A stretch of DNA of 63,765 nucleotides, counting the filler, from Dugesia japonica (Eukaryota), in the NCBI GenBank assembly GCA_001938525.1. It is 5 parts of 5 records of this genome, joined end to end, with 100 filler letters (N's around TTAATTAATTAA, not from the genome) between each part and the next. Parts side by side here need not be neighbours in the genome. Positions count along the whole stretch, not along the records: positions 32,594 to 55,438 come from MQRL01605047.1; 4 more parts are not named here. One strand, 5' to 3'. Below are positions 37,306-51,499 of this stretch, piece by piece. How positions within the stretch are numbered: the stretch's first letter is position 1; the number at the start of each line of letters is the position of its first letter. The notes under the pieces were generated by a model. It did no database searches, was not told where the DNA came from, and saw nothing but the letters and a program-made list of their open reading frames with translations. Both the position numbers and the translations under genes were made by a program.

Positions 37306-38136
37306 TAATTTGATTATCAGTAAACTGGACTCAGTTATACAACCATATTCCTTTTGTTGTTAGCATATTCCAACTCAAAATTCTATTAAAATTATGACTG
37401 AATAGAAAATATTGCTTTTATTCCCAGTCAAATCATGAATTGGTTTAAAATGCAATTCAGCAAATTTTTTTCTAACCATGAAAAAATATTATTGATTGAT
37501 TTTAGCTTATTAATGAATTAATTTTATTTATTCTTTTAGACAAATCATTTTAGTTCATTTTAATTAATTATTAGTGAATTTTTGTTTGGAATTTTTGATT
37601 AACTTTATGCATGTGTGAGTTTAACTGTCTAAAAGACAAAGACTTGCAGAGTGAACATGATTAGACAACTTCATGAAGTAATTGATGTGCCTAATGAAGA
37701 GGATGGTTGGTAGGAAAATCAAATCAAAAATAAGGTTCGTTGGACAACAAGAAGAAAAAGAGCAGATAGAAGGTACAGATGTAGAGTCCAATAAAATGTC
37801 TTAAGCAAATCCTGAGAAAACAAACAAATAAGACAAAAATGAGAGGTCTAAAAGGCGGGGGTCATTGGGAACCCTTTTACCAGACCTTATTTGCATGCCA
37901 CATCGCCTTATTTTTCTTTGTAAAAATACAATGTTGCATAAATAAAATTTAATTAAAAAACATTCTGCAAATGTTTTTTCTACGCGCATTCTTTGATCAC
38001 GGGGCGGTGGCTCGACGCTCATAAACTACCTGAAAATGTAAAATTTACAATTTATAAATGTGTTAATTAAGATAATATTCATTGCTGTGATAAATTAATT
38101 AACAGAAGAAATTGTTTTGTTTTATTATTTGGTAAT

Positions 38137-38206
<70 letters not shown>

Positions 38207-38333
38207 NNNNNNNNNNNNNNNNNNNNNNNNNNNNNNNNNNNNNNNNNNNNNNNNNNNNNNNNNNNNNNNNNNNNNNNNNNNNNNNNNNNNNNNNNNNNNN
38301 NNNNNNNNNNATAATAATAATAATAATAATAAT

Positions 38334-41300
38334 TGTTAGTTGTGTTTGGAAAACTCGTCGTATCATCAATATCCAAATTCGAATGCATTACAACACTTTA
38401 ATAAAATCAAAACTAAAACCAACATTATTTGTTAATCAAACAAATTAAAATCATGTGTTTTAATTGGTGATCTTTTTTCTAAAATTTGAAACTTTTGGGA
38501 TCCTCGTGTGACATTAGACATTGTGTACATGTACCACATTCATTCCTTGACAATATATCCGCATTTGTATGAAGCGATCCTTTTCTATATTCCAATTTTA
38601 TATCTAAAGTGCTCAAATAATTAATCCAGGTTTGAAACTGTGATGTAATTGGCTTCTTGGTATTTAGCATAAAGGTGATGGTTTTATGGTCTGTTGTGAG
38701 AATAAATCTCTTCCCATATAAATAATTTTTTAAATGAATGTAGAAGTAGTAAATTGCGAGCAATTCCTTCCGCGAGCAATTCCTTCACATTTTCTTAACG
38801 CAGTTTGGTTTACCAAAGTTCTTAATTGCTTCTATTTTAGTTGGATCTGTTTTGACACCTTCTTTACTGATAACGCGTCCCAAAAATTTGGTCTCCTTTA
38901 GCATGACTTGACATTTCTTCGGATTAACTCTTAAACCAGCCTTCTTAATTTCTGTTAATACTTTATTGATTATTTCGTAATGTTGCTCCTTTGTTTTGGT
39001 AAATATAAGAATATCAACTAGATAAATCATTGCTCCATTTATTTTTCCGATTACTTTATTCATCATTTCCTGGAACGTACCTGGTGCTGCTGCAATTCCG
39101 AAAGGCATCTTATTGAAACAAAACTGCCCTTGTTTGGTCGAAAACGCCTTCTTTTCTTGAGAATCTTCACTGAGTTTAACTTGGTAGTATGCATTTCCCA
39201 AGTCTATTGAGCTAAAATACTGCGTATCTTCCAAAGCATCTAGCATTTCGTTCACATTTGGCATAGGAAAATCGTCTCTTTCAGTTATTGCATTGAGCTG
39301 TCTAATGTCTAAACATGATCNTATATCTTCTTTTTTCCTTTTTCCAAACATAGATTAATGGTGTATTCCATTGCAAAATACACTTCCGGATGATACCATT
39401 ATCATATAGATTCTTTGATGGCCTCTTCAATTATTTCCTCTAGATTTATTAGTTGGCAATACGGTTTTATGTTGATGTAACCTTTTTAGTGATTATTTGA
39501 TGCTTCGTTAAGTGTGTCCATCCAAAGTTTCATTTATCTGCCATAAATACAGCCTCATTATTCTGAATAATCACAGGAAATCTATAATCTTTGTTAATTT
39601 TTAGAATTTTCATTGCATGACTCAATTGTTCACCAGTCTGTATCTGTTTTTCAAATTTTTGCCTCGATGTTGCAAACAAAATTTTCTCGATGATTATTGA
39701 TGTCTACTTTGCACTTTTTCTGAAGATGAAACTCAGAAGTATTCTGAAATTTCACTCCACCAATTAGATCTGGTATTAATTTCTCTACTATTATAAATGT
39801 TACTTCCTTGCACACCTCTGAAACTACAACTTCGACACGTATATTTCCGATTGTCTTTAATGAGCTGTTATTCGCGCAATGCATTCATTCCTCGCTTTTC
39901 TCTAACATTGTTTCTCCGAGTCTATTAAATCCTTTTATGCTCATCACATTTATTCTTGCTCATGTATCCAACAAATAATCAAACTGTTCATCCTTGATCA
40001 TCACTGAAATACTGGGTCTTCCTTGCATTTTATCATACGAAATTTATGCATTCTGTTTTTCTTCAATTATTCCTATCTCTTCTGCTTTGTTAACTTCCGC
40101 ATCATTAAAACTTTCTTTTTTTAGAAATCTGTAAATTTTTTCTCTCACTTCACTCGTCTCATCTCATTTCTCGGCTTCTTGAGGATATTCAAACGGTATC
40201 TCGTTTAATGAATGGCTCCGACCAACTCCTTTACTGATGGAGCCCTGCTTTTTGGTTATTCTCTTCTTGGATCTTCATTTTCTATTATGCTTTCAGAAAT
40301 CTCTCTTCATTCTCAAGATCAAATACTTCTCAAATGGCATGAATTGGTTTTGTTCGATTCCAATCTTTTCTTTGTTGTCCGCTTTTTAAATTGTTTCTTC
40401 TCTCTTCTAGTCTAGGTTTACTAATGTTCGAATAACATTCTTCTGCTCTGTGACCCGGTCTTTTATATCTACCACATATTATTTCTGTGCATATCTTTTT
40501 GGCATGATCAATCTTACCACACCCAAAACATTTTAGTGATTTCTTGTCTGGGCAATTTCTACTTAAATGCCCTTTTTTGTGTCATGTCCAACATTCCACA
40601 TGAGAATTCTTTGGACACTCTATTTTTTTATGCCCTTAACTCTGGCATGTCCAACACTGTGGTTCTATTCTTTTTGTAACTATCTTGATATTTTGTCTCC
40701 TTTCTCCAAAACGTTCTCCGAAACGTTCTTCACGTGTTACACCAGCGTAACTCTTTACTGCGCTAATAGGTTCTCTTCTTGACATTTCTTCAACTAATGA
40801 TAACGTTTTTTTAAATCTTCTACTTTCTCCAATTTTTCCATGGTAATCTCTTTTTCTGCGTTTTTACAATTTGAAAAAGTTATTAGTCTTTTTTATATAA
40901 GTTTTTCTTTCGTCAGCTCTCCATTTGCTAAACATTTATCGATCAAATCTTCCACTTTTTTAAAAAACACCTCAATTTATTATGTATCTCTTGCTCTTAA
41001 AAGCTAATCGCAATCTCTCTCTCGATATCCATAAGTTTTATTCAATATCTTCACACATGCTTCCATTAAATCTTCATGAAGCATACATGTTACCCAACGT
41101 TCCTGATCTTTCTTAACAACGATGTTCTTTGCTTCAAAGTATACTTCACACCGTTTGATAAACTTCTCTATCATCGCATCTGCAAAGTATTTTTGCCAAC
41201 AATCTTTCTGTGATTGCATCGGTGTTTATCGCTGCTACCATTTTAGTTGGGTTTTGAAAACTCATCGTATCATCAATATCCAAATTAGAATTCATTACAA

Positions 41301-41410
41301 CACTTTATTAAAATCAAAACTATAACCAACATTATTTGTTAATCAAACAAATTAAAATCATGTATTTTAATTGGTGATCTTTTTTCTTAAATTTAAAAAT
41401 TGAAACTTTT
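38334..41410 (-). mobile_element. Decayed Ty3/Gypsy LTR retrotransposon (gag-PR-RT-RNaseH; integrase deleted)
   Basis: LTR copies at 38334-38495 and 41241-41410; PBS TGGTAGCAG at 41232-41240; CCHC knuckles ~40440-40600; protease LLDT*A; RT ORF 38785-39351; RNase H TDHK ORF 38479-38763. Confidence 0.9.
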
Positions 41411-43118
41411 ATTTATTAAAATTAATTTTAACATTTTATTATTTTTTCATTAATTTTCATTCAAATATTTCCGACAAAATCTCAGCTCATTTTTAAAATT
41501 TTATTTATTAAAAAGTTAAATTTTATTATTCAATAATTTTAATTTATCCTTAAACCAATATTTGTTTATTTAAATTTTTCATCAATAATTTAAATCTCTC
41601 TTTTAACAAAAGATGTTAAAAATAGGATAACCAATCACACAAAAATTTCAACTTGCTTTTCAAAACTGCTCACAATAATAATAATATTTGTAAAATGATC
41701 AATTAGATCTTATTGATTCCTCTTACTTTATACTTGCAGAATCTTGATCCAGATACGAAATTCATGCGCATTGAAGTAAGAATATGAAGATAATTGAATT
41801 AATAATCATTTCATTTAGGAATTCATTTCATGCGCATTCCAAATTCTTGATATCCTCGAATCTAAATCAACAATTTCTTGATTATTTAACGAATTTAATT
41901 AAAATATTTCTATTTTACACGATATTTCATATGATTCNNNNNNNNNNNNNNNNNNNNNNNNNNNNNNNNNNNNNNNNNNNNNNNNNNNNNNNNNNNNNNN
42001 NNNNNNNNNNNNNNNNNNNNNNNNNNNNNNNNNNNNNNNNNNNNNNNNNNNNNNNNNNNNNNNNNNNNNNNNNNNNATAATATTCACTGTTGCTAGATCT
42101 ATTTTCCGAACGAGAATTGTGAAGAGGTTGGAAAATTTTATAAATTTGTTTATTTAATAAAACAATAAACAATCTTCTTTGTTTCACATGTAGTCTCCTT
42201 CATCGTATAAAACATTTAGTTCATCGAAAGTGGAAACTATTCGAAACTATAACCACTCTGCATTCTTGCCAACATAGCATATATAAAACCATACTATATC
42301 TCAATGAGTTGCATAAATTCAATACATATGAGTGGGAAATTTTCTTTCCTTAGTTCTGTTCAGTGATCACCTCCAGATTCAGCTAGATTTGTGTAAATAC
42401 ATATTCAAACGATCATACTAATAAATTAGAAATATTCATCAAGATTAGATAAGATCAAGAAGAATTTCTAAGTTTTATAAATATTTATATTTTGTAGTAA
42501 TTTTTCAGCAATAAAATTAAAAATTATCACATCTCTTTCAAATTCTTTTATTTCGACGATCTTCTGGAATACTGGCAGTCAATAAATTGAATCTAATATT
42601 ATACTGATAGATAATCAGAGTAAACAAAATAATTCATTTTATTTTTTATATTTAATATAACAAAAAAAAGATTTGATTAGCAAGAGTATTAATAAACTAT
42701 GTGAATTAACTTCGCTGTGATAAACAAAGCCATTTTTCAGGNTGGAAAATCCTCCCCAGGCTAAATCAGTTGCAGGTTCGGCAGGCTTAAAGCTGTTTAA
42801 CAAAACAATAAGAGAAGAAACCAGAAAAACGTACAATAAGATGGCGGAATAATTTGTGAACCTTACTTTTCTTCCTCCATTCGATACTAGGATTCCGGAA
42901 TCATCGCCTTACAGTTCTTTGACATCTATTGGGCCAATCTGTCCATTGAGGAAGGACCATTGCTCGCTCGATCGGGCTATTTATCTCTGTAAAACGTTAT
43001 GGTAATAATACAAATACTTGATTTTGTAGCAAAAATTTGTAAAATGAAATTTGGGAATTTTGAACCTCATTTAATTTAAACCATATCTAACAGAAACAAG
43101 AATTTATATATATATGAA

Positions 43119-43190
43119 CAGTCGAACCTCCCTATAACGTCACCCATCGGGACCGGAACATTTTAGGAAGGTTTGACGTTATAGATAGGT
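43119..43190. mobile_element. pogo/Tigger-like terminus (partner TIR not found)
   Basis: CAGTCGAACCTCCCTATAACGTCAC..GGGACCG terminal pattern. Confidence 0.4.
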
Positions 43191-46172
43191 ACTTGTTTTA
43201 AATTTGTTTCTTTAGCTGGTTGTATTCTTTGTTCAAATTTTTTAAGTATGTAAAATAAATACATTTTTTTCGTTTTTGGAAATTTGTAAAATATACTTAT
43301 CATGTGTTTATATTGGAGAAACACTCGATCATGTTTGAATGAGAATAAATGAACCCAAAAAAACTTTTTCAAATAAAATGATAAAAAAAAATTATAATTT
43401 AAATCAATTTACTTACTTTATCTTAAGATTTAAATATTTAATTGAAAATGATTTTCAGAAGTAAACTAATTTTTAAAAATTAAATCTTTATATATATATA
43501 TATATATATGTACTCCTAATTCTTTTTATATCGCGGCGCCTGATTTTTTCTACGGCGTATCAAATCAAAATATTGGTCTGTTATTATGCAAATTTTTAAG
43601 TTATGGATTAATTATATCATATCATTAGTGCTTTATCATTAAAAATTATTTATTTTGATGTCATAACAGATTGAGAACATCAATCTATAAATTTTTATTC
43701 GTACTTTGGATTTGCTACTTTTATAGAAGATTTCTAATATTGGAAAATTCTTGTGGCTCACTTGTAACACTCCCACTGTGGTCGAGAGATGAGAATATCA
43801 ATTGATACATTTTCATTATTATAATTGTTTACAATTATCGAGCTTTTGCAAATTTGAACAAATAGATAATTGATAATATATAATCGTCAGTTGAAAAATT
43901 TGGTCGTTCTAATGCTAAAATTACCTTAAAATAGTTAGTTTACATTTTAAAAACAAATGTTAAAAATGGATAGCTTTTTGTTCATAAAATAATTTGAAAA
44001 TACTACTCAAATTTTTAATTTTTTTTCACAAACTATATCATACTTGTCATGATATACTTTTGTAAAATAAAAAAGGGTAACAATTCTTGAAATATATGTA
44101 AAAATAGGTCAATAACGAGTGCTCGCATAAATTGATGGAAAAATAGTTGGAAAATACTAAAGATATTATCCATCTTGAGACCGGCAATTATTCTGTCAAT
44201 ATGTAAGGGTTTAGACCTCACTCCTACCTTCTAATGAGTCAAAAAACCACTTTAAATACTTTAATCTAAAAATAATAATAAAATAGTAAAAAATCTAAAA
44301 ATAGTAATTAATTATTACTAAATTAAAAACAAAATAATAATTACCAATACAATTTCTATTGTCTGAGTACTTTAAGAATAAAATAANNNNNNNNNNNNNN
44401 NNNNNNNNNNNNNNNNNNNNNNNNNNNNNNNNNNNNNNNNNNNNNNNNNNNNNNNNNNNNNNNNNNNNNNNNNNNNNNNNNNNNNNNNNNNNNNNNNNNN
44501 NNNNNNNNNNNNNNNNNNNNNNNNNNNNNNNNNNNNNATTTTATTTGTCTGGTACTTTAAGACAAAATCTTATTAAAGTTGATTTAAAATTCAATAAAGT
44601 CAGAGTACTACTGTGCCTGACCATTTAATTATTAAAATTCCAATTTAAAATTTATTAAAATCAGGAAGTTAGATAGCTTACCGACAATAAATTAAAGAAT
44701 TATCTTTTTATAGTATTTTTCTTATTTTAGAGTCTAAGTTATTATTTGGAGAGATAGCCCCTCAGAGGTTTTTTTACTCATTGCCTTGTATAATCTCTTC
44801 TTAAACCCTTAAGAACTCATTAATCCGTGTAAATTTTATTTAGTTAATTTATAACGTAACGCTATTTTATTTAACAAATTTTAAGAAACTTTATATTGTT
44901 TTATTTTTAATATTTATCATACCAATATTTATATAAATTAAATCCCCATTATCAAACTAAGAACACGAACTGTTTGGAGTCAGATAAAAACATTTGAGTG
45001 AGGACTTTAGTTTACATACTCATCCTGATTTTGAACCTCGTAGATATTTCGTTTGTTACGTAGAATACTTTACGAGTTTTATATGAGGTCTAGTAATAGT
45101 TCCTTCATCACCACAGAACTAAAATATTTAATTTATAGCTCTGAATTTATTATAAAATGTTTTGTTTTTATTATATCATTCCATTGCTTGAACGAATATG
45201 GTTGATATTTGATAGTTGCTTCGTCACTGATCAACTCATGTCTCATGAAGGTAAACTGTAGAGTTCATTTAAACTCCTCTACGAGACGGTGAGGAATAAA
45301 ACAAGAAATAAAATCCACACAAACTCATTTTCATTTCTTCTCACCAAATACCTATCGAAACTGTCATAAAATAAAGTCTCATTTAGTTAATTTTCTTTAT
45401 TCCAAGAACTTGAATATTGATTATTGTCTACAAATTATTTATTAATGTAAATTCTCAATTTGTATATACTCTACTTTCTCTACAGTTATTAATTGATTAT
45501 TGGATTTTATTCTTAATCTGTTTTAAACTCTTGTTTTACTCGAACAACCACAGAAATTATAATAAATAGAAATAGAAAAAAATAAATAATTAATTCAAAT
45601 GTTTATTCTGATATTCATTACAATGTGTGTCAAATATTATTTATTTAAATAATTTTAATTTCATTAAATTGGTGTAAAGTAATGTAAAAAAAATTGCAAA
45701 AGTAATACAATTGTTATGGTAATAAGTTGAACAAATCGTGCTGTAATTTAACAAAACTATTTCACATTTAATCTGATTAACTAATTTGCATGCATCTCAA
45801 ATGGGTAATGATGCTTGTGCACATTACCACACAGTCATCATCTATGGTGACGTAATATTAATGAATCGTAAGTATTAAATCATAATCAAAGCTAAAGTAA
45901 TCATAATAAAGGCTAATCTATCATTACGTCGTCATCAAACACTGTGTTTACTTAATACAAAATTAAAAGCGAATTTTCAATAGATAGAACTGAGTGTTAC
46001 GTAAGCGATTATATTGTTAAATTCGTCATGTGATGTAACGGCCTAATGTTAGGCCAGTTGTTAATTAAATTTATATTAATTGAATTATCATTGATTGCTG
46101 CACCCAAACAAATAAATAGTCTTTACAAAATATATATATATATATTTGATCTAAAGAATAGAATTTTTATTT

Positions 46173-47668
46173 CTAATTAACTTGCATTGACGAATTATTA
46201 GAATTCTCCACGACACATTTAATTATGATTGGCTGAGAAATATCGATACCGATTTGTTGAAGATTTGAATAGAAAAAATCAAACTGGCAAATCGTATCGA
46301 CTGTTATTATTGTGATTGGGTTTTCTGCTATGATATTTCTGTCGATTGTCTGACAAACATTGGGTCTGGATATGTTGTGCACCGACAGCTGGACATATCC
46401 TGAAAATGGCCAAATTGTGCCGGTCGATGCATTGTTATCCCAAACATTGAAACGAATCTGCATAATCGATTGGTCTTTGTTTATGTCCGGGTTCAAGCAA
46501 AGCACCATTTTGTAGTTTAAATTATTGGAATAAAACCATTCGCTGCGAACATATTCGCGATTGATTTTCATTTGTTGCAGATCAGTAATCTCCCATTCAA
46601 GAGAGGCAATTTGATTGTTACTCTCGGCCGATTCAATTAAGAATTGGCTACCGCTGGTATTGTTGGTGCTTAGATCCAACGATTTCTCTACTTTTACCTG
46701 GAAATAATACCAAATAAAATTATTGATAGATTTATTGACAAAATTATTGATAAATTAATGGACAAAATTATTATTAAATTTATTGACAAAATTATTAATT
46801 ATTCCACCTCAACTTGTTTGGTAAATTGGAATCCTCCGGAAACTTTCAATTTCAGCATTTCTACTTCTGCTTTCAGCAATTGAAAAGTTTGTTGTGCTGC
46901 TTCTGTTTGCTGAGAGAATGCAAATTTTATTTTAAAATTTTCTCCAGACAACTGAGAAATCAATTTACTCAGATCTTTGTTTTCATTCTTTATCGTTTTC
47001 AATTGATTTTGCAGCTGATCGATAGCGGTCTGACTCACAAAATCAATTTATAAATTCTCTATTCATACATTTTCTACCTGTTTTCTTTCGTTTTCATGTG
47101 TGTTGTCTAACAATAGGCGAGAAATTCGCATTTCCAAATTTTCCAGTCTCTTTTGCGACAACATTTCACTTCTTGTGTTCATCATCCATGAGACTATCAA
47201 TTTACTGTGCTGATATGAGTTCATTTGTAAATGATTCATCAGTTCTGAATCATCAATCACTAAAGCATTGCATCCCATGTCTCGATATGGACAAGACAAC
47301 TCGATTTTACCACAAGTCTTTAAATGATTACTCATTTCTATTAGATCAGTTATAAATTCACATCCATTTATTGGACACTTCACTTTCAACTTTTCGATTT
47401 TCCTATTAGCACTATTATCTATATTGATATTTATCCCATAACCGATTTCATCAAGACTGCAATAAGTACTATTTCCAGGGCAGCTTTTTTTATCTCCTTC
47501 TAAATATTTTTCAATACATTGTCGACAATAAAGGCACCCACATGGTCCTTGGCATGCATCTTTCAATATATCATGACAAACAACACAACTAATATCAGAA
47601 GATATAGATGATTCAAATTGAAAATTATATTTTCTCAACAGATCAAACATTAGAAAATAATTTTTCAT
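46173..47668 (-). CDS. TRAF: TNF receptor-associated factor family protein (RING, TRAF Zn fingers, coiled coil, MATH), three or more exons
   Basis: RING CVVCHDILKDACQGPCGCLYCRQC..CP; Zn fingers CPINGC..HLKTC and CPYRDMGC..HL; coiled-coil exon; MATH LEWEI..SEWFYS..YKMVLCL..WPFSG. Start and splice sites approximate. Confidence 0.88.
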
Positions 47669-47898
47669 ATTTTTATTAATACTATTTAATTTAAATCAAN
47701 NNNNNNAAAAAAAAATTACAAATTATTATGATTAAATAATCTTTGAAAATAAGTTTAAAAAAGAAATTTAATTTTGAAATATTTAAACAAACGTTCAGGT
47801 TCGATTATTTTAAATAATTAATATAATTATTCATGTTTATGAAACGAATTAATAAAGATATTTTGGATTTTAGATTTGAAAAATGAAATTAAATAAAA

Positions 47899-48397
47899 CA
47901 GGCCTGGCCAACACGCAACCTGCCGTATATTTTTTTTGGACTGATTTTTTTTCTAAAAAAAATTTAATAAATTAAAATTGATCTGTTTCTTTGATATAAT
48001 GCACAAATTTTGATTGACGATTTTAATGCGATGTCTTATTGCGAGCTGATTGTGAGCATGAATAAATAGAAAGTATCTTGTTTTTTTCTTTAATCATTTT
48101 AGCTATGTTCTGCTGCATGATTGTATTCATTATGATTTATCAGATTTGTTTTCCGCATACTGTCATGCTCACTAAAGTATCTCATTTTCTTTCAGTAAAT
48201 TATAAAAAATTTTCATGTTAATATATTTTTTCTAATGTAAATAAATTTAAAAATACATATTGATAAAAAAATTTTTGATTTTGAAAATTTATTATTTATT
48301 AAATTTTTAAAAAATCATTTTTATTTAAAGTGCAGCCTGTTATAATTATGCAAAATAAAAAAATACCCCATGAAGCCATTTAGGTTGGCCAGGCCTA
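47899..48397. mobile_element. Non-autonomous hAT (Charlie/Buster-like) element
   Basis: TIRs (C/T)AGGCCTGGCCAAC; degenerate 8-bp TSD AAATAAAA/GAATAAGA with central TA. Confidence 0.7.
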
Positions 48398-49394
48398 GAA
48401 TAAGACAATAAATAATTAATTTAATTAGTTTTTAAAACAGAAAATATTTAGTTTCACAACTACAAGAATTATTACGAGAATAATTATTGGACAATTAACC
48501 ATTGATCGTATTTGAGATTTCTTTAAATAAAAATATGGTTTTTCTTTTTAATATTTATTTTTTTAGTTTTTGATAGTATTTCAAATTTTCAACTTCGTCA
48601 GGAATTGATTTTTTTAATTTAAAAACAATAAATAAAATATGAAAACCAATATTTAGATTTGGAAAGCGAGCTAAAAAAATCGGGAAGCGCTGTAGTAAGA
48701 AATACAAATTTAAAATTGTTAAAAATATTTATATTTTTATTGTGTTATTTCTATGATCGAATATTGTATTATCATCATCCAAAATAAGTTTGCAAGATTT
48801 CAATTACTAACAAAAACTAAAATAAATATAAAAAAGAAAAACAATATTTTGATCGAAGTTTTTAATTTAATGAAATCCGATAAAATTGTTACTATTTCAC
48901 TTCACGATAATTAACCTTCATAAATTTGAAATTAGTTAAAGACATTCAAATAATCTAACTTTGTATAATTAAATCCGCCAGTTCAGATAACTACTTGCCC
49001 CAGTAATACTTCTAAATGCACGAAAAGGTGGAATCCTCAGTCCCAAAAGTTAGTAATAATTTTACTTAAAGTACGTTTGTTAGTAAAGTACCGTAAGAAG
49101 TTTTTGCGATATATCAATATAAATGTAAATTAAAAGTATTGATTTAAAACTTTTAGGATAAATAAAAAATAACCATTTATAAAGAAATATCTTTCAAATG
49201 AAATTATTATTTTGAAAATATTAAAACAAAAATGAAAATGTTATGTTTTGGTGAGATAATTTCATTTAAAATATTCTAAATTTATTTGACGCGTAAAAAT
49301 ACATTTTTTGGAAATAAAGATAATTTTTGTGGTTGTTCAAATAAATTCAAAAATCTAATCGTATATTTTTTGAAAATCGATTTGAATTGAAAAT

Positions 49395-50165
49395 ATTAAA
49401 TACTCTCAATTATCCGGGTTAATGATGGAGAGAAGAGGCATGGATAATCGAAAAAACCGGATAATCCAAATTCATTTTTCTCTGTAAAAATACAGACATT
49501 AAATATACATTTTCAAACTAAAAAATTATATGAAGACGTTTAATATATATGATTTATAAAGAAAATCAATGATTTCGGTTTGCTTGTCCGAAATTTAAAT
49601 GATTTTATAATATCAGTTCGAATTTATCGAAGAGCGATCATATCGTTATATTTGAATTTCCATTGATTGACGCATTCTAATAAAATATTAACAGAAATCA
49701 GCGCGGTGATGTGGCTAATGCAATTAATGGGGTTTTCTTCTTCACTTTCAGTCTCTGTTTCTTTTTCTTCTGATTGAACAATATTGAAAATCATATCAAC
49801 ATCACTCATTATTTTCTTTTATAGTAAGTGCAATTTTCTTACGATTCTTTTTGCATTTTAAAGGGTAGTTTTTGAAATTTTACTTGTTCTCGTTACCTTA
49901 GTTTTCCAGTAAAATAATAAAAATAAAAGTTTTACTAACATTTTAATAAATAAAATAAGCTAGATTAATTAATCAAACTATCAATAAATTGATGTATATC
50001 TTTTACGTCTAAACAGCGAGACTAGGTTTCACTCGTAATATGAATGTGGATAATATTTGTAGAAAAATTCAAGTGTTTTATTTATTTTTTAATTAATAAT
50101 TAAATTGAATACGGGGATAATCCGAAAACAAGATAATCCACACACGGATAATTGAGCGTCTATTG
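49395..50165 (-). mobile_element. pogo/Tigger deletion derivative
   Basis: TIR core CTCAATTATCCG at both ends, subterminal GGATAATC repeats; ORF 49624-49809 resembles the acidic transposase C-terminus. Confidence 0.65.
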
Positions 50166-50499
50166 GAATTTGATTTTCAGGAGTTTCTAGGTATAATTAT
50201 AATAATTATTAGTCATAAGTTTTCTGTAGATAAAAACCGACAATTTTAACATAACCATCAATAATTTTAATAGTTGTTTGCTCTTTGCTGAAAATTGCCA
50301 ATCAAAAGCTACGTCAAAATAGAAGTACCCATAAAAAATTGCCGTTTTTATGTAAATATGTATATAAATATCACTAAAAATGGGATTTTAAATATATTTT
50401 AAAATTATTATGATAAGTAGCAAATTATAAACAATGTTCTTTATACATAGGTTTCATTATTTACAAATAATTTTCACCTCTATCAATGATTTTTAAGAT

Positions 50500-51320
50500 C
50501 ATTTCTCAAATTTGACAACTCATTGCTCAATGATTTTCTCTCACACCAAGCAAAAAACATTCCTTAATTTGAGAGTAAAATTCCAAATTTTTCTATTAAT
50601 GTTCTCTCATGAAACTCTTATACAGTGAAATATGAAGATGATGTTGTTATGAAACATTCAAACTTAAAAAATATTCATCTCTTGAAAGTGAAAGATGGTC
50701 AAAAAATCAATCTGTTATTATTATAAGTTTGTAGCAAACTTCAATAAAGATTGATGAATCGAGATATGAAAAATCAAGGTGTTTGGATCCAATCAATTTA
50801 GTGTGAAAACCTTCTCAATGGTTTCTGGGATAATACTGTTTATGAAAAACATCAACAGATTGGTGATAGAATTCAAACTGTAATGAAAATGTACATTATG
50901 CTAACCGATAAGAATTTAGAGTTTATTGATTACTCTAAAACAATGACACGTTCTTTCGTTATATGTGCGATTTTGAATCAGTATTGCCACCAAAGGAAAA
51001 ATTTTTCAGGAAACATTTACTTGTTTCAGCAGGACTGTTGTTTATAAAAAATTATACTAACGAAGTAAAATACAGACAATTCCTTGGAAATGAGTGTATA
51101 TTCGATTTCTTAAAGGCAGTGGAGAAAATTGCTTATAAGATAATGTACCCGTATTATCCATCAAACGGAACGAAAAACTAATAATGACACAACGAAAAGA
51201 AATATCATTTGATGCCTCTACTAATTGTCATTTTTGTCAAAAATCTCTGGTAAAACCTATTCGTGACCATGAAAATTTCACTAGAAAATACATGGATGCA
51301 GTTTGTATTTTTTCAATTTG
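50500..51320 (+). pseudogene. Relic of a second Polinton pPolB (ExoI + EndoVII region)
   Basis: VICDFESV, then in another frame NCHFCQKSLVKPIRDHENFTRKYMDAVC, parallel to the contig 1 polymerase. Confidence 0.7.
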
Positions 51321-51499
51321 TATTTGGTAAATCTTCAATTAGTAATTCATTTTGCAAATCACAAATAATATTATTAGACATCTTTTTTTACTACTACATC
51401 ATTAGTTTAGTAAGATAATTATGATTGATATAGAACTAATTACATTATAAAATGGAATTTGATCACTTTCTTTTGGCTAAAATTATTAAATAATAATCA

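Noticed and set aside
42100-42990. GC-richer patches with splice-acceptor-like sites, possible host gene (similar patch at 37620-38030)
   Set aside because: No consistent open exon chain or recognisable protein could be built.
46037-46060. GGCCTAA-TG-TTAGGCC hairpin (LINE or Helitron 3' end?)
   Set aside because: No CTAG end, tail or coding remnant to support a call.
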